Shown: positions 62,431 to 64,000 of the stretch, one piece after another | Numbering within the stretch: position 1 is the stretch's first letter | Layout of the letters: every line of letters begins with the position of its first letter | NCBI GenBank assembly: GCA_038087875.1 | Contig: CM075989.1 | Span: 10,728,001-10,792,000, forward strand | Direction: 5' to 3' | DNA length: 64,000 nt | DNA from: Malacoraja senta | Lineage: Eukaryota | Notes under the pieces: model-generated | The model's database searches: none | What the model was told of the DNA's origin: nothing | The model's input: only the letters and a program-made list of their open reading frames with translations | Made by a program: the position numbers and the translations under genes

Positions 62431-63464
62431 CTGTACATGCTGGAAAAAGAACATAGACCATAGAATGGTACAAAACCAGAACAGGACCTTCGGTCCACAA
62501 TTGCTGTGCCAAACATGCGCATAATCCATATCCTGCCATTCCCTGCATGCAAAGGGAATAATCCATATCTGCGCATAAGGTGCTCCTGTTTCCTGTGACA
62601 TCCCAAAGACGCTTGCGTTGATTTCAAATTTCTCCAAGTGTGTGGGTGAATGGTAGAATCTGAAGGATGTAGATGGGAATGTGGGGAGAATGAAACAGGA
62701 TTGGTCTGGGATTTGTGTAACTTGATGGCCAGCATAGACTCAGTGGGCTGAAGGCCTGTGTCCTAGTTCTATGGTTCTCTGACTCCTACGTTTTATAAAT
62801 TCATCAAGAGTAATGTTTGCTCCTGAGACATCCCTGTGTCCCAGTGACTAGCATCTGTGTGAATCAGCTGGCAGCCTGTGCCACTGGAAGACAATCTTGC
62901 TTGTCCAAACACATAATGTCGATACGTTGCCTGCCTGCCTGCCCTTTCCAGCATCATCAGCCTCATGACAGACTGTTCATTAGATGGACCAACGGCAGTG
63001 ACCTCTTTTCCTTTGATCACCTTCCACTCTGGCACTGAGCATCTCACCAAAGCCTTGCCTCTCCTCATCGTTGCATCGAATATCCCGACATTACTCCTGA
63101 TTAGCACGTTCTATTCCCACACATTCCAACAGTGCTGACAGCTTGGGGAGTCAGCAGGGAATTAAAGTCCCAGCAGTTTGTTCAGGGACACCAACTAAAA
63201 CCACACATGACAGCTGATGGAGGATGGTGCTCACCTGGTGTATTTAAGCTTCAGGCCCATTGTATCCAGGCAACAGTTGAGGCAGATACAATACCAAGGT
63301 TTCAAAGACATTTGGACAGATATGTAATCAGGAAAAATTTAGAGAGAGATCTATCAAAGTCGGGCAAATGGGACTTGCTTAGAATGGGCATCTTGACCGC
63401 CATGGACAAGTTGGGCTGAAGGGCCTTTTTCCATCTTGTATGACGCTATGAGCCACTTCTTAGT

Positions 63465-63930
63465 TTGTTTGAGAAGAGGTCCACTATCATATTCAGCATG
63501 AGTAGCCTACAACCCAACAGTATGAACATTAAATTCATACCCTTACCCACACCCCCTCCTCTTTCCCCTGAACCTCCCACAGGAGTGCACATACATTTCT
63601 CCCACTATCTCACACCACTCCCAGTCTCTCTGCTCCTTTCCCCTCCCTTCCCTTTTATCCCTCCTTTCACCCCCCTCCCCACCACCATGTCGTTTCCATC
63701 CATATCCTCCTGCTTTACATTTCACTCATCCTCTTCCCTCCTTATCTGATACCCTATTGTCTCTTTTTCATCTCTCGCCTTTGTCCACTCATCTGACAAT
63801 CAGCCACCTCTCTCCTGTATCCATGTGTCACTCGCTGGGCTTTGCTCTATTCCCAGCTCTCTTTTCCGGCTTTCTCCCCCTATGACGCCCGTTTAAAGAA
63901 GGGTCCTAACCTGAAATGCTGCCCATCTAT
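63465..63930 (+). mobile_element. Degenerate Penelope-like 3' end
   Basis: IFSMSSLQPNSMNIKF aligns to the PLE C-terminus IFRLGSLHPSGMNIDF; pyrimidine-rich UTR; decayed core AAAGAAGGGTCCTAACCTGAAATG. Confidence 0.65.
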
Positions 63931-64000
63931 TCCCTGGTTTGTAGGTTAATTGGCCTCTATGTAATGTGTACAGAGTGGATGAGAAGGTGGGATATAGTGC

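Overview
Eukaryotic genomic DNA dominated by repeats, most likely from an elasmobranch (shark, skate or ray). The inference rests on many HE1-type tRNA/V-domain SINEs whose tails match CR1(HER1)-type LINEs, plus Deu-domain SINEs. I cannot support any host protein-coding gene, so the window looks intronic or intergenic. The only long ORF (30674-32956) is ORF2 of a young, 5'-truncated L1-clade LINE flanked by an exact 148-bp duplication. Other mobile DNA: Neptune-type Penelope-like (PLE) GIY-YIG fragments, CR1, Rex1/Babar, one RTE/BovB-like end, PIF/Harbinger-type MITEs with TWA target duplications, and a GC-rich non-autonomous retroelement. The strongest unexplained signal is about 30 short PLE-terminal-repeat derivatives (manual count) carrying a minimal hammerhead-ribozyme-like core, CTGA(A/T/G)GA-A-hairpin-GAAACGT(C/T). 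Many are ~170-260-bp head-to-head fold-backs bounded by their own 8-15-bp target-site duplications, suggesting a non-autonomous, ribozyme-bearing retroelement family. All calls are by eye; no database searches or folding programs were run, and boundaries of old repeats are approximate.
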